Positions 9,394 to 18,075 of a stretch of 24,000 nt of DNA are shown here, one piece after another (the first letter of the stretch is position 1; the number at the start of each line of letters is the position of its first letter). A model generated the notes under the pieces. The model was given only the letters and a program-made list of their open reading frames with translations. It was not told the origin of the DNA and did no database searches. The translations under genes and the position numbers were made by a program. Origin of the DNA: Methanobrevibacter acididurans (GTDB lineage Archaea > Methanobacteriota > Methanobacteria > Methanobacteriales > Methanobacteriaceae); assembly GCF_046197875.1 (NCBI RefSeq), contig NZ_CP166991.1, positions 294,733-318,732 of the forward strand, read 5' to 3'.

Positions 9394-10995
9394 TTATTCG
9401 TCTTTTAACATGTCTTCTTTCTCTTTAACTGTTAATGATGAAACGATTTCTTCAGGTTTTCCAGTTTCTAAAACTTTTCCGCCTCTCATAAGAGTAGCAC
9501 GATCACAAACATCTAATACGAAATCCATATCGTGGGATACTATTAAGAATGTTTGATCAAATTCATCTCTTGCTCGAAGAATAGAGTCAGTTACAATAAC
9601 TCTTGTAATTGGATCCATAGTACCAGTTGGTTCATCTAAAATAATAATATTTGGCTCTTTAATAAGAACTTGTGCAAGTGCTACACGATGTTTTTCCCCT
9701 ACACTTAATTCATCAGGATATTTTTCTAAAATATTTCCTGCAGTACTTTCATCAAATCCAACAGCAACAAGAACATGACTAGCTTTTATTTTTGCAAATT
9801 CTCCAGGTAAATCTAAACTTATAGCATCAGTTAAATTTCCAAGAATTGTTCTACTTGGATATAAGGAATATTCTTGGTGAAGTAATCCAATATAAGGAGT
9901 CACTCTTCCCCGATTAAATTGACCTGCCTTAGTCATATCAATCCAATCATCTCCAAGTTTAATGTTAATTTCACCACTACTTGGATCAGTTAAACCTAAT
10001 ATCATACGAGTAAGTGTTGTTTTTCCAGAACCACTTAATCCAACAATTCCAAATATTTCCCCATGGTTAACACTTAAATTAATGTTATCATCAGCTTTAA
10101 CTACTCCTCTTTCAATAGAATAATAATATTTCTTAATATTTTTAATTTCTATTTCAGGACCACCATGTGCATGTTTTTCAACTTTTTTAGGTAAAGGAAC
10201 AGTAGCTAAAAATTTATCAACAACTTCTTCAGGTTTTCCACATTCTTTAATTTCACCTTTTTCTAACCAAATAACTTTATCTGCTAAAGTATTAATTACT
10301 TCTGGCCAATGACTAGTAATAACCATAGTAATATTCTTATTTTTAATTTCTTTTTCAAGAGTATCATGTAAACGGTCAGCAGTTTGAGGATCTAATGTAC
10401 CTGTAGGTTCATCAGCTAAAAATAAAGTTGGATTTTTCGCTAATTGTCTAGCTAAAACTACTCTTTGCTTTTCTCCTCCACTTAAATCACGAGCTACATG
10501 AGTTACACGGTGGCTCATTTGAACCATATCTAAGAGTTCTAAAGCTCTATAAATATTTTCTTCTAAATATTTACCTTCATCACCCATAGCTTTAAGAACA
10601 TTATCGATTACAGTTTCTTCATCGTATAATGCGAAATTTCTTTGAAGCATTATAGCTATTCTTCTTTTAATAGCAGCAAATTCTAATCTTTCAGCATGCC
10701 AAAAGTCAATGGTTTTTTCTTCATATTCTCCACCACATGAACATTTTTTACCAATTTTAGAGGGTGCTTCAACATGCATACATTCTTTACACATTGCAAC
10801 ATGGAATATTATTTGACCTTCATCTGGTTCATATTCTTTTGTACCTCTTAACATACTGATTAAAACAGATTTTCCACTACCACTTCTACCTAATATTCCT
10901 AAAGTTTCTCCTTCATCAATTTCTAAGTTTATGTTTTTAAGAACGGGGACATCATTAAATGTTTTTCCTATGTTTTTAAATGTAATAAAAGACAT
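9394..10995 (-). CDS. atwA: Methyl-coenzyme M reductase system component A2 (double ABC ATPase)
   Basis: Two ABC cassettes: Walker A GRSGSGKS and GLSGSGKT; signatures LSGGEKQRV and LSVGEKHRV; Walker [10 protein letters not shown] and IIILDEPTG. Also the Cys-rich insert [21 protein letters not shown] characteristic of A2. 533 aa. AAGGTGA SD. Confidence 0.92.
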   Translation of the reverse strand: MSFITFKNIGKTFNDVPVLKNINLEIDEGETLGILGRSGSGKSVLISMLRGTKEYEPDEGQIIFHVAMCKECMHVEAPSKIGKKCSCGGEYEEKTIDFWHAERLEFAAIKRRIAIMLQRNFALYDEETVIDNVLKAMGDEGKYLEENIYRALELLDMVQMSHRVTHVARDLSGGEKQRVVLARQLAKNPTLFLADEPTGTLDPQTADRLHDTLEKEIKNKNITMVITSHWPEVINTLADKVIWLEKGEIKECGKPEEVVDKFLATVPLPKKVEKHAHGGPEIEIKNIKKYYYSIERGVVKADDNINLSVNHGEIFGIVGLSGSGKTTLTRMILGLTDPSSGEINIKLGDDWIDMTKAGQFNRGRVTPYIGLLHQEYSLYPSRTILGNLTDAISLDLPGEFAKIKASHVLVAVGFDESTAGNILEKYPDELSVGEKHRVALAQVLIKEPNIIILDEPTGTMDPITRVIVTDSILRARDEFDQTFLIVSHDMDFVLDVCDRATLMRGGKVLETGKPEEIVSSLTVKEKEDMLKDE

Positions 10996-11163
10996 TCGTT
11001 CACCTTTAATTTTTTTGTTCCTTTTTTTAATTTATTTTATAATGAATATTATTCCTTTTTTGATTAATAATCGTAAATTTATAAAATTCTTATATATTAG
11101 ATTTTATATTTCTTATTTATAATATTTATTATCTTATTTTATAACAGATTTAATATTTTTAAT

Positions 11164-11463
11164 TTAATTAATACATCTTCCACTACCATGCATAGGAGTT
11201 CCACATTTAGGGCATTTAGTATTTTTACAAGGTTCACCCTTAATTTTAGGGATTTCATATCCACATTTAGGACATTTACAAGAAGAAGGAGGAATTCCAA
11301 TACCTCTACCTTCTCCTCCAAAAGATCTTCTTTTATTCAATGTATCATTTTTTAAGAGTATGATTTTATCAGATTTACATTCTGGACATTCAGTGTACTT
11401 TTTATTATTATTTTTCCATTCTAATCCACAATTTTGGCAATGGTAAACTTCATGTTCATCCAT
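11164..11463 (-). CDS. Double zinc-ribbon protein (99 aa), unrecognised family
   Basis: N-terminal ribbon YHCQNCG...CPECK, Gly-rich linker GGEGRGIG, then CKCPKCG...[10 protein letters not shown]. The N-terminal ribbon duplicates the C-terminus of the upstream DUF134 protein. Confidence 0.6.
   Translation of the reverse strand: MDEHEVYHCQNCGLEWKNNNKKYTECPECKSDKIILLKNDTLNKRRSFGGEGRGIGIPPSSCKCPKCGYEIPKIKGEPCKNTKCPKCGTPMHGSGRCIN
11371..11446. repeat. Copy A of a ~76-nt direct repeat encoding a zinc-ribbon module
   Basis: Aligns without gaps to 11554..11629 with about 9 mismatches, counted by eye. Contains the identical 29-mer tctggacattcagtgtactttttattatt. Confidence 0.85.
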
Positions 11464-11523
11464 TTTTTTACACGTCCTATTTTTTTTACCTTAATCTTTT
11501 AGAACATTATTTGAAATTTTTTT

Positions 11524-11919
11524 TTATTCCTCTATTAATAATTCAATATCTTTAGATTTGCAATCTGGACATTCAGTGTACTTTTTATTATTGTTGTTCC
11601 ATTGAAATCCACATTTTTTGCAATGATAAGTATTTGGTTCGTTAATATTATCAGTTTCAATTATATTGATTTTTCTCCCTTCAATTAAGGATTTAGCAAT
11701 TTTTTTTCTAGCAGAATTCAGTATTCTATGGAAAGTTGACTGGGAGATGTTCATTAATTCTGCAGATTCTTTTTGATTAAAATTATGGTAATCCTTTAAT
11801 CTAATTGCTTCATATTCATCAGCTACCATTTTTATAGCTGGTAAATTATTATTGTTTTGATTGAAGCACCTTTGTTCAGGATTTTTACTTATTTGACGTT
11901 TGATTTTTGGTCTAACCAT
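11524..11919 (-). CDS. DUF134 (UPF0251) HTH regulator fused to a C-terminal zinc ribbon
   Basis: MVRPKIKR...ADEYEAIRLKDYHNFNQKESAELMNISQSTFHRILNSARKKIAKSLIEG is the canonical DUF134 sigma-70-region-4-like HTH. C-terminal YHCKKCG...CPDCK ribbon. I prefer the ATG at 11919 (AAGGT SD upstream) over the TTG at 11928 used by the track. Confidence 0.85.
   Translation of the reverse strand: MVRPKIKRQISKNPEQRCFNQNNNNLPAIKMVADEYEAIRLKDYHNFNQKESAELMNISQSTFHRILNSARKKIAKSLIEGRKINIIETDNINEPNTYHCKKCGFQWNNNNKKYTECPDCKSKDIELLIEE
11554..11629. repeat. Copy B of the ~76-nt direct repeat encoding a zinc-ribbon module
   Basis: See 11371..11446. The copies are offset by 183 nt, a multiple of 3, and sit in adjacent genes on the same strand. 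Confidence 0.85.
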
Positions 11920-11956
11920 AATTTTCAACCTTTATAATATAATTTTTTATTATATA

Positions 11957-11976
11957 TTATGAATATATATTCATAA
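11957..11976. promoter_or_regulatory. Perfect 20-bp palindrome TTATGAATATATATTCATAA upstream of the DUF134 regulator gene (candidate operator overlapping a TATA box)
   Basis: Perfect dyad checked base by base. Its centre is ~47 nt upstream of the ATG at 11919. The central ATATATAT is placed correctly for a TATA box feeding a ~20-nt leader that carries the SD. Confidence 0.4.
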
Positions 11977-12021
11977 CACCTTTATAAAACTTACTATAAA
12001 CATAAATAAAAACAGAAAAAA

Positions 12022-12750
12022 TTACAAAGATGATAAATCAAAATCTAATTTACCATTCATACAAGCCCTAGCTAAAGAAACACCATCAGCACCAGCACTA
12101 ACCATATCCTCAGCACGCTCAAGTGAATTAATAGAATTATTACCAATCAAACAAATATCAGTTTCACCTGAAATTCTACGAATCAAATCCAAATCAGCAT
12201 TAGCAACACCAGGATTCATAGCATCCACATGAAGAAAATCAGCACCAGATTCATCAACCAATTTAGCAATACTCAAAGTATCAACACCATTAACATTAGC
12301 ACGAATCTTAACAGAAACCTTAGAACTAGCATTATCAACAACACTAACAATATAATCTGATAAATCAGAACGTTTTAACATACTTTGCCCACAACCAATA
12401 CTAGTTAACTCTTTTTGTCTACAATGACAATTAATCTCAACAATATCAACAGAATCTAATTCACTAACTTTAATAACATTCTCAGGATTAACAGAACGAA
12501 CATTACAAGAAATTAAAACATCAGAATTTTCACGAATCAACTCAGATTCATCTTTAATAAAAGAAAAAACATTAGACATTTCTAAATCAAACTCTTTCCT
12601 ACCTCTAGAAATAATTTTTTTACCAGCATCAATAGAAGATTCATCAATATTAAAACCTCCTAAAGTAGCAACATTAAATCCATAAGGAATTAACTTTAAT
12701 AAAAAATTTCCATCACTTATTCCAGCCATAGGAGCTATCACTTTTATCAT
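12022..12750 (-). CDS. NifR3/Dus-related archaeal TIM-barrel (probable flavoprotein), function unknown
   Basis: EINCHCRQKELTSIGCGQSMLK resembles the Dus active-site segment, and GNNSINSLERAEDMVSAGADGVSLARA resembles the Dus/DHOD C-terminal FMN-phosphate region. 242 aa. Sits downstream of arfA on the same strand (154-nt gap with oligo-T runs, so operon status is unknown). Confidence 0.55.
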   Translation of the reverse strand: MIKVIAPMAGISDGNFLLKLIPYGFNVATLGGFNIDESSIDAGKKIISRGRKEFDLEMSNVFSFIKDESELIRENSDVLISCNVRSVNPENVIKVSELDSVDIVEINCHCRQKELTSIGCGQSMLKRSDLSDYIVSVVDNASSKVSVKIRANVNGVDTLSIAKLVDESGADFLHVDAMNPGVANADLDLIRRISGETDICLIGNNSINSLERAEDMVSAGADGVSLARACMNGKLDFDLSSL

Positions 12751-12904
12751 AAAAAATCAATCTCTCATTTATAAAAAAATAATTTAAAAAAAAGGAAAAT
12801 TCAATAAAAACTTAATAAAAAAAGAATAATTAAAAAAAAATGGATGGTTTTTAATATACGGAATTTCTTTTTTTATAGGTGAAATACATTAAATTTAAAT
12901 AAAT

Positions 12905-13672
12905 TTAATCTTTATATTCTTTTTCAACAATGTCAATCCATTTCTCATTGTTGCATTCACGAATATTTTCTAAACCAATATCTGCCATATAAGCAGCATC
13001 TTCAGCATTATTACCTTTTCCAATACCTGCTTTTAAACCAATACCGATCTCATCATATAATTCTTTTAAAGTTTCTTCAATTTCCTCAGCACTCATACCA
13101 TTACATGGGCACATAAAGTTATCTCCACCAATAAAGAACACTAAACCGCCTTTTTTAATTAACTTACTCATTAAATAATGCTGTGCCTTATTAACCATAA
13201 AACTAGTATCAAAAGCAGACTCAATATCAGTTAAAGTTTCAGTCACACTATTAATATCCACATGGGCAACTTGAACATAATTTTCACTATTTTCAGCTAA
13301 AGAATCAACAGCTAAAATTTCCTTTCTTTCTTTTTGTTGAGCTCCACCTTTATTCTGTAAAGCAATTGTTGCTAATTTTTGAGCTTCATGAGGTGTTTCA
13401 GCAGCACCCACACCCATACTTATTGTAATTGGGTATCTATTACGAATAGATCTTTGAATTCTTAAATGATCTTCAGTATCTAAACCATTAGTAATGGCTA
13501 GCATATTATCAAATCTAGTAAAGAACACTAAACCTTTCTTCATAGCAAATTGTCTTTGCACATCAGCAAATAATTCAGATTGTAAAATTTGAAGGTCAGA
13601 TTCATTACGTGGGCGAGGAGTAACTGTCCAAGGACCATAGTTATCAATTTGTATCAATGTCATTTGTATCAT
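12905..13672 (-). CDS. arfA: GTP cyclohydrolase III (FAPy-forming; riboflavin/F420 pathway)
   Basis: [28 protein letters not shown]...[16 protein letters not shown]...[14 protein letters not shown] is near-collinear with M. jannaschii MJ0145 as I remember it. AGGTGA SD. Confidence 0.9.
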   Translation of the reverse strand: MIQMTLIQIDNYGPWTVTPRPRNESDLQILQSELFADVQRQFAMKKGLVFFTRFDNMLAITNGLDTEDHLRIQRSIRNRYPITISMGVGAAETPHEAQKLATIALQNKGGAQQKERKEILAVDSLAENSENYVQVAHVDINSVTETLTDIESAFDTSFMVNKAQHYLMSKLIKKGGLVFFIGGDNFMCPCNGMSAEEIEETLKELYDEIGIGLKAGIGKGNNAEDAAYMADIGLENIRECNNEKWIDIVEKEYKD

Positions 13673-13787
13673 ATAATTTCACCTATATTATTAATATATA
13701 GATTTTAACTAAATAGTATAAAAACTTTTCATTATATTTTAAATAAATTTAAAAAAAAATTTAAGTCTTTTTAAAGAAATTAAAAAA

Positions 13788-14693
13788 TCAAATCTTTTTT
13801 AAACAATTTTTAGCTAAATTTTTTTTATCTTCCATAGTTTTCATAATAGTATTAGTCACTGTTACTTCTGGAATAATCTTTCCAATTTCACTCTTTAAAT
13901 TCTCATCTTTTAAATCAATAACCATCTTATTAAGAAAACTTTTATAAATAGATGCAATACCATAAGAACTAGTTTCATAACCTAAAGCATTCATAAACTT
14001 ATTTGCAGGACCACTAACCGCAGAACCACCAACAATAGGAGAAACCCCAACAACATAAGTACTTTTCAAAGCATCTATAACTCCATCTAACTTTAAAATA
14101 GGTAAAATACTAGTAATAGGATTAGATGGGCCTATAATCACAATATCTGAATTCTGTATAGTATTAATAATTTCAGGAGCAGGTTTAACATTACTATAAA
14201 TCACATCTAAAACTTCAGGTTTCATCTGCTCTTTAATTAAAAAATCATGAAATTCCATTTCACCTTTATCAGTTAAAATTTTTATTTCAGAATCTTCATC
14301 ACTCATAGGATAAACTTTAGATTTAATATTTAAACCTTTTCTTTGAATATCAACAGCTTCAGTTAAACTATAATCTTTTAATAATAATGTTTTTTGAATT
14401 TTAGTACTCCGATCTTTATCCCCAATTCTCAATAACTCAGGAGAACCTATTTCACTAAGACGTTCATTAGTTATAAAAGTATCATCCTTAATCCCATACC
14501 ACAAATCTTCATTAATAATATCTGAAAGCGTATAAAGCACAGTATCAATATCTGCAGAAACATAAACTCCAGAAAAATAATCATTTTCAACAGTATTAAC
14601 AATTATATTAATATCCTCAGCATCAACAATATTTTTCAAACCTTGAATTAATTTTGGAGTTCCTGTACCTCCAGAAAGTATAGTAATTATCAT
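13788..14693 (-). CDS. cofD: 2-phospho-L-lactate transferase (LPPG:FO transferase)
   Basis: N-terminal [15 protein letters not shown] motif, 301 aa, with CofD-like [11 protein letters not shown] and SPIVGG segments. Confidence 0.88.
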   Translation of the reverse strand: MIITILSGGTGTPKLIQGLKNIVDAEDINIIVNTVENDYFSGVYVSADIDTVLYTLSDIINEDLWYGIKDDTFITNERLSEIGSPELLRIGDKDRSTKIQKTLLLKDYSLTEAVDIQRKGLNIKSKVYPMSDEDSEIKILTDKGEMEFHDFLIKEQMKPEVLDVIYSNVKPAPEIINTIQNSDIVIIGPSNPITSILPILKLDGVIDALKSTYVVGVSPIVGGSAVSGPANKFMNALGYETSSYGIASIYKSFLNKMVIDLKDENLKSEIGKIIPEVTVTNTIMKTMEDKKNLAKNCLKKI

Positions 14694-14732
14694 TTAAATA
14701 GCCTCTATAAAAAAAATAGTAAATATTTTTTT

Positions 14733-15203
14733 TTATTTAATATTTATAGTTTCAATCGCATTAACAGATTCTTCTCCACATTGAGGACATGGATGTAAAT
14801 CATCAATTAAAAGAGCCATTTGATTATCACAATTAGGACAATTATTTTCTAATAAAATTTTTCTTCTATGTTGGAAACTTGTTTTATTAAAATCAAAAGT
14901 TAAAATCTTATTAAATTTTAAATCATTACCTATAAGATCAGGTATTAAATTATAAATTTCTTTTTCATTTAAATTAGTGTTATTAATTTCTGGAACATAA
15001 GTTTTAATAAAATTATCACAATTTTTACAGTATCCAACATATAGATATCCTGCTAATTCAGAATTATCCATTTTCTTAGAAGTCTTCATAGTTAAACTTT
15101 CTTCAACTATTTCATCTTTATCTTCATTTAAATAAAAAATCAATGATTTATCAGTAAATTTAAAACCACAATTTTCACATTCATATTTAACAATAGAACC
15201 CAT
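14733..15203 (-). CDS. Hypothetical protein with four CxxC pairs (two split zinc ribbons)
   Basis: CENCG / CKNCD in the N-terminal half and CPNCD / CPQCG in the C-terminal half. The GGAGA SD lies inside the last codons of the upstream gene, with a 5-nt gap (translational coupling). Confidence 0.6.
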   Translation of the reverse strand: MGSIVKYECENCGFKFTDKSLIFYLNEDKDEIVEESLTMKTSKKMDNSELAGYLYVGYCKNCDNFIKTYVPEINNTNLNEKEIYNLIPDLIGNDLKFNKILTFDFNKTSFQHRRKILLENNCPNCDNQMALLIDDLHPCPQCGEESVNAIETINIK

Positions 15204-15208
15204 TCTAG

Positions 15209-15964
15209 TTATTCTCCAATATCTATTTTATAGAATTTTTCTCGGTATGTATCATATAATGGAGGTAAAATCTCATTAAGTCTAGTATATTCTATAAAAT
15301 AATGTTTACTTATTAAATAAGCAGTATCCTCATTAAGTAATCTTCTTTTTATTAATCTTGGAATATTATCTCCAATCCAAAAACGACTAATAATTTGAAT
15401 ACCTTCATCTTTCTCCTTAATTACATGAACCATTTTACTATGGCCAATTACTCCACCAATAGTACCTATGGTTGCACAAAAAACAGTACCAATATTATTA
15501 TCTTTAAATAATGTTTTATCAAATCCAAATATCCATGGATTTTGAAATTTAATAGCTAATGTCACATTACCTTTACCAAAATCTTCTGTAACATGATGAG
15601 TGCATGGTTCAAAACCGTGAAATTTTCCTTTATATAATTTATCATCTAAATTAATAATACTTGAATGGTAACCAGGATACCATAATCTGTAATATGTACT
15701 ACTTTGTGAGTACCACCAAAACCACCATTCAATCATATCAACTGTAAGATTCGGAAAGTTTAAGGTCATTGAAAGTAGATAAGTACCATCATCTAAGCAT
15801 TTATAACCAGTTTCATTTTGAACATCTTCATTCAAAATTAATTGATTAATATTACTCTTAGATATTGTAGTGATATCTGAAGCTTTATTAATCTTTTGTC
15901 TAATTTCTTTACTTAACTTAGGTAATGGGATTTCAAACATTTGATCAATTACATTCTCAACCAT
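15209..15964 (-). CDS. Hypothetical 251-aa protein; tentatively DAPG/phloretin hydrolase (PhlG)-like
   Basis: A long uninterrupted ORF embedded in the cofE-cofD string. MIEWWFWWYSQSSTYYRLWYPGYH and GHSKMVHVIKEKDEGIQIISRFWIGD resemble the DWWF-x-WH...RYK-x-WHP and SRFWLGD segments I recall from PhlG/Phy hydrolases. That recollection is unverified: the CDS call is solid, the functional call is weak. Confidence 0.6.
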   Translation of the reverse strand: MVENVIDQMFEIPLPKLSKEIRQKINKASDITTISKSNINQLILNEDVQNETGYKCLDDGTYLLSMTLNFPNLTVDMIEWWFWWYSQSSTYYRLWYPGYHSSIINLDDKLYKGKFHGFEPCTHHVTEDFGKGNVTLAIKFQNPWIFGFDKTLFKDNNIGTVFCATIGTIGGVIGHSKMVHVIKEKDEGIQIISRFWIGDNIPRLIKRRLLNEDTAYLISKHYFIEYTRLNEILPPLYDTYREKFYKIDIGE

Positions 15965-15992
15965 AAACTCATCTTCTTAAAAATTTTATTCT

Positions 15993-16757
15993 TTATTTTC
16001 TAAATACATCATATTGTTTAGGTAATAATAAAGGATTAATATTACTGTCCTTATTTCTTAATAAATTAAAACCAGTAAATCCACGAACAATAACAACAGG
16101 TAAACCTTCATCAGCTTGCCCTTGGATTAATGATGCAGCTGCAGCTAATTCATCAGCTGTTGCAATTTCAGAAGATTTCAATTCTCTACCATATAAATCT
16201 TTTTCACCTTTTCGTTTCCAAAGAGGATTAATACCAGAACAACCTATAGCAGTTCCAATAGCACCAACACGGAAGGCTCTACCTTGAGTATCAGTAATAA
16301 TAACAGCTAATTCTTTACCAGTAACATCTTCTAAGGCTTCTCTTAAATCTCTAGCAGACTTATCAGCATTTTTAGGCATTGGTGTAGCTAAACCTTCATC
16401 AACATTTGATTCATCAATTCCAGAATTAGCACACACAAAACCGTCCTTAGTCTCAGTTATAATAAAATCAGGACCAACCGCTACAACTTCTCTTGACTCT
16501 TGAATAATTGCTTCAACTAATTTAGAATCTTTTTGAGTTTTTTTAGCTATAATAATAGCATCATCAGATGGTAAAATATCTCCTAAATTTATAATATTAC
16601 CCTCTGCCTTAGAAACCATAGTTTCAGCAATTAACAAAATATCACTATCTTCAAGTTCAATATTTTGTTCTTCTAAAGCTTTTAAAATTAATTTAGTTAT
16701 ATTATCCCCTTTTTTTACTAAAGGAATTCCTTCAAGTCCAATTAATTCGAGTGTCAT
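15993..16757 (-). CDS. cofE: F420-0:gamma-glutamyl ligase
   Basis: [16 protein letters not shown]...[13 protein letters not shown]...[12 protein letters not shown]...GQADEG match CofE family motifs; 254 aa. Confidence 0.88.
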   Translation of the reverse strand: MTLELIGLEGIPLVKKGDNITKLILKALEEQNIELEDSDILLIAETMVSKAEGNIINLGDILPSDDAIIIAKKTQKDSKLVEAIIQESREVVAVGPDFIITETKDGFVCANSGIDESNVDEGLATPMPKNADKSARDLREALEDVTGKELAVIITDTQGRAFRVGAIGTAIGCSGINPLWKRKGEKDLYGRELKSSEIATADELAAAASLIQGQADEGLPVVIVRGFTGFNLLRNKDSNINPLLLPKQYDVFRK

Positions 16758-16778
16758 GTTAATAAAATAATGTTTAAT

Positions 16779-16788
16779 AATATAAAAA
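16779..16788 (-). promoter_or_regulatory. TATA-like element (TTTTTATATT on the minus strand) positioned for a leaderless cofE transcript
   Basis: No SD precedes the cofE ATG (16757). The TATA-like octamer is centred ~25-26 nt upstream of the A of the ATG, the spacing expected for an archaeal TATA box to TSS. Weak specificity in AT-rich DNA. Confidence 0.3.
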
Positions 16789-16908
16789 TTTATTGTTTTA
16801 TGAAAAAATTACATTTAAAAAGCTTAAAATTTAATTTAAAAAATAAAAAAATAAGTAAAAAATAAATAAATAAAAAAAATAGAAAAAAAATAAAAATTCT
16901 TATTAAAA

Positions 16909-17535
16909 TTATGGAGTTAAAACAGAAATATCCCATTTTCCATCATACACACTAGCTGCAGATGTTACGGGTTTTTCAAATTCTTCAAATGCTCCACCAT
17001 CAAATATTAGTTGAGCCGCTTCATCAGCATTTTCAGCACTGAATTTAACAATTTCAGGATTATTGCATTCATATGTAGATATAAATACAGCTTCACCAAA
17101 ACCTACTTTTTCAACTAATAATTTCTCATCAGTAACAATTCCAACATAACACTCATAATCATTTTCACTACATGCACAATTAATTACAGCAGCAATTCTA
17201 GGAGTATTATAATCATCTTTCTCATAATCCATAGTTAACAGAGAGTAACCTAAAGCATCTTTAATACTCATTCCTAAACTAATTTTATCTGCAATAACAT
17301 CAGTATGTGAACCATTAGAAACTATTGCAGTATCACCAACAATTTTAATACAATTATATGCAATATAAGTATTTTTAAATATATCGGTTTCAAAACCTTC
17401 TTTTGGAATTATTGCAGCTTCATCTTCACCTTTTTTAGCTTGTCTATTTGGAAAAGATCTACTAGAAACTCTATAAGCTACAAAAGGTTTACCATCTGTA
17501 CTCATACCTACAGATAAAATTCTACCTAAATACAT
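16909..17535 (-). CDS. purO: IMP cyclohydrolase, archaeal type
   Basis: [31 protein letters not shown] matches the PurO (MJ0626-type) N-terminus; 208 aa. GAGGTTGA SD. Confidence 0.9.
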   Translation of the reverse strand: MYLGRILSVGMSTDGKPFVAYRVSSRSFPNRQAKKGEDEAAIIPKEGFETDIFKNTYIAYNCIKIVGDTAIVSNGSHTDVIADKISLGMSIKDALGYSLLTMDYEKDDYNTPRIAAVINCACSENDYECYVGIVTDEKLLVEKVGFGEAVFISTYECNNPEIVKFSAENADEAAQLIFDGGAFEEFEKPVTSAASVYDGKWDISVLTP

Positions 17536-17578
17536 TTTTTATCAACCTCAAAAAAAAATATTATAAAAAAAAATTTAT

Positions 17579-17989
17579 TTAACCCGTTTCAGGGCTACGA
17601 ACTGCCTTATTAGGATCCATACCCGATGGTATCTTAATCGTAATCGATTTATCTTGAGGGTTAATATCTATTCTACCCTGATCCATAACTTGAGCTTGAA
17701 CACCAATAGCATTATCCTTAATTTGGTCAGACATATCAATACCATTAACAGTAACTTTTTGCAAACCAGCTACAGGAATCATATAATATTCATTATTCCC
17801 TGAACTATCAGTTATATTTGGTTTACCTGTACCTCCGTTGTCTTGATGGCTCACATCAGCAGCACCAAAACTACTAGTTACAACTATAAAAATTAATAAA
17901 GTAAATAAAATGTCTATAAATGGCACTAATTTGATTTCAGGCTCATCATTTTTAAGTTTTTCTTTATGTTTCTTAATATCAATTGCCAT
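17579..17989 (-). CDS. ExbD/TolR-family protein
   Basis: A single N-terminal TM with the family motif LVPFIDILFTLLIFIVV, followed by a ~90-aa extracytoplasmic domain; 136 aa. GAGGA SD. Confidence 0.8.
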   Translation of the reverse strand: MAIDIKKHKEKLKNDEPEIKLVPFIDILFTLLIFIVVTSSFGAADVSHQDNGGTGKPNITDSSGNNEYYMIPVAGLQKVTVNGIDMSDQIKDNAIGVQAQVMDQGRIDINPQDKSITIKIPSGMDPNKAVRSPETG

Positions 17990-18075
17990 TTTATTTTCCT
18001 CATATACATAAAAAAATTTGAAAAACTAAAAAGAATTGAAAATAAATTCTCCCAAGCTTTTAAAATTTCATAAAT

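Noticed and set aside
11042-11049. An atgaatat half-site of the 20-bp palindrome upstream of atwA (a related 7-mer lies near 20468 upstream of the RclA-like gene), suggesting a regulon
   Set aside because: 7-8-mers of this composition are expected several times by chance in 24 kb of DNA this AT-rich. No second half-site is present.
10931-11321. ORFs 10931..11122 (+) and 11139..11321 (-)
   Set aside because: The first spans the atwA 5' end and an AT-rich spacer, giving a Phe/Ile/Leu-rich artefact. The second is an alternative frame of the Zn-ribbon gene, lacking the CxxC logic seen in the 11164..11463 frame.
11920-11928. TTG-extended start of the DUF134 gene (MKIMVRP...)
   Set aside because: The ATG at 11919 gives the canonical MVRPK DUF134 N-terminus and leaves AAGGT as an upstream SD.
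16758-16908. Long poly-A/poly-T tracts here and in most spacers, considered as repeats or an array
   Set aside because: This is a compositional feature of the genome: oligo-T terminators and AT-rich promoters on either strand. There is no periodic unit or spacer structure, so it is not CRISPR-like.
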